From a virus (taxonomy: Duplodnaviria; Caudoviricetes): a DNA stretch of 54,610 nucleotides. The notes under the pieces were generated by a model. It did no database searches and was not told the DNA's origin. It saw nothing but the letters and a program-made list of their open reading frames with translations. This document shows positions 54,462 to 54,610 of the stretch, piece after piece. How positions within the stretch are numbered: position 1 is the stretch's first letter; the number at the start of each line of letters is the position of its first letter. Position numbers and translations under genes: made by a program. Where the stretch lies: IMG/VR virus record IMGVR_UViG_3300011423_000010, positions 1 to 54,610 of that record; one strand, written 5' to 3'.

Positions 54462-54610
54462 TGAAAACTTGTAATGTGATAGGGTGTAATAACCCTGTCT
54501 GGGGAAAGGGAGTATGTTCTAAGCATACTCCCAAAACTCCACTTAAGAAAACATCATTTACTGTAAATAAGGCTAAAGTCTATGTTAATATATTTCCAAA
54601 TACAGTGGAG
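54461..54610 (+). CDS. Zn-finger-starting protein, truncated by window end
   Basis: MKTCNVIGCNNPVWGKGVCSKH (C-x4-C...C-x2-H). Confidence 0.5.
   Translation, partial: MKTCNVIGCNNPVWGKGVCSKHTPKTPLKKTSFTVNKAKVYVNIFPNTVE

Noticed and set aside
1-54610. Stop-codon reassignment (TAG=Gln or TGA=Trp) as in some crAss-like phages
   Set aside because: Long conserved genes are intact in code 11 and end in TAA, TAG and TGA at sensible positions; late genes outside the window cannot be judged

Overview
AT-rich fragment of a lytic dsDNA phage genome, most likely crAss-like (Crassvirales) and infecting Bacteroidota. Host evidence: no Shine-Dalgarno motifs, A-rich leaders, TAnnTTTG -7 promoter boxes, Gln after signal peptides, and SSC/ASC lipoboxes. 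Standard genetic code. Positions 1-2053 (minus strand) hold the start of the late/packaging arm: truncated terminase large subunit, HEXXH protein, Zn finger, HU/IHF, RepL-like wHTH. A palindrome-rich strand switch follows at about 2054-2830. The plus strand then carries an early region of small hypothetical genes with many intergenic hairpins. Next is a middle block enriched in protein-remodelling and envelope genes: Zn/UVR paralogs, J-domain, MoxR AAA+VWA, SPFH, small OM beta-barrel, ParB-like, second VWA, classical AAA, DUF1003. Last is the replication/repair module: PolA, DnaB, SF2 helicase, AAA_24, SSB-like, primase, UDG, rIIA/rIIB, phosphoesterase, HNH, PD-(D/E)xK nuclease, RecA, dUTPase, and two free-standing GIY-YIG homing endonucleases. 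No tRNA, rRNA, CRISPR or integrase was seen. Best leads: a pseudoknotted ~200-nt structured RNA upstream of the beta-barrel gene; two parallel AAA/VWA modules sharing a paralogous partner and a 10-mer motif; McsA-like Zn/UVR proteins next to a J-domain; and a homing endonuclease flanked by a recoded duplicate of its target gene start. All family calls come from motif recognition by eye, not database searches.
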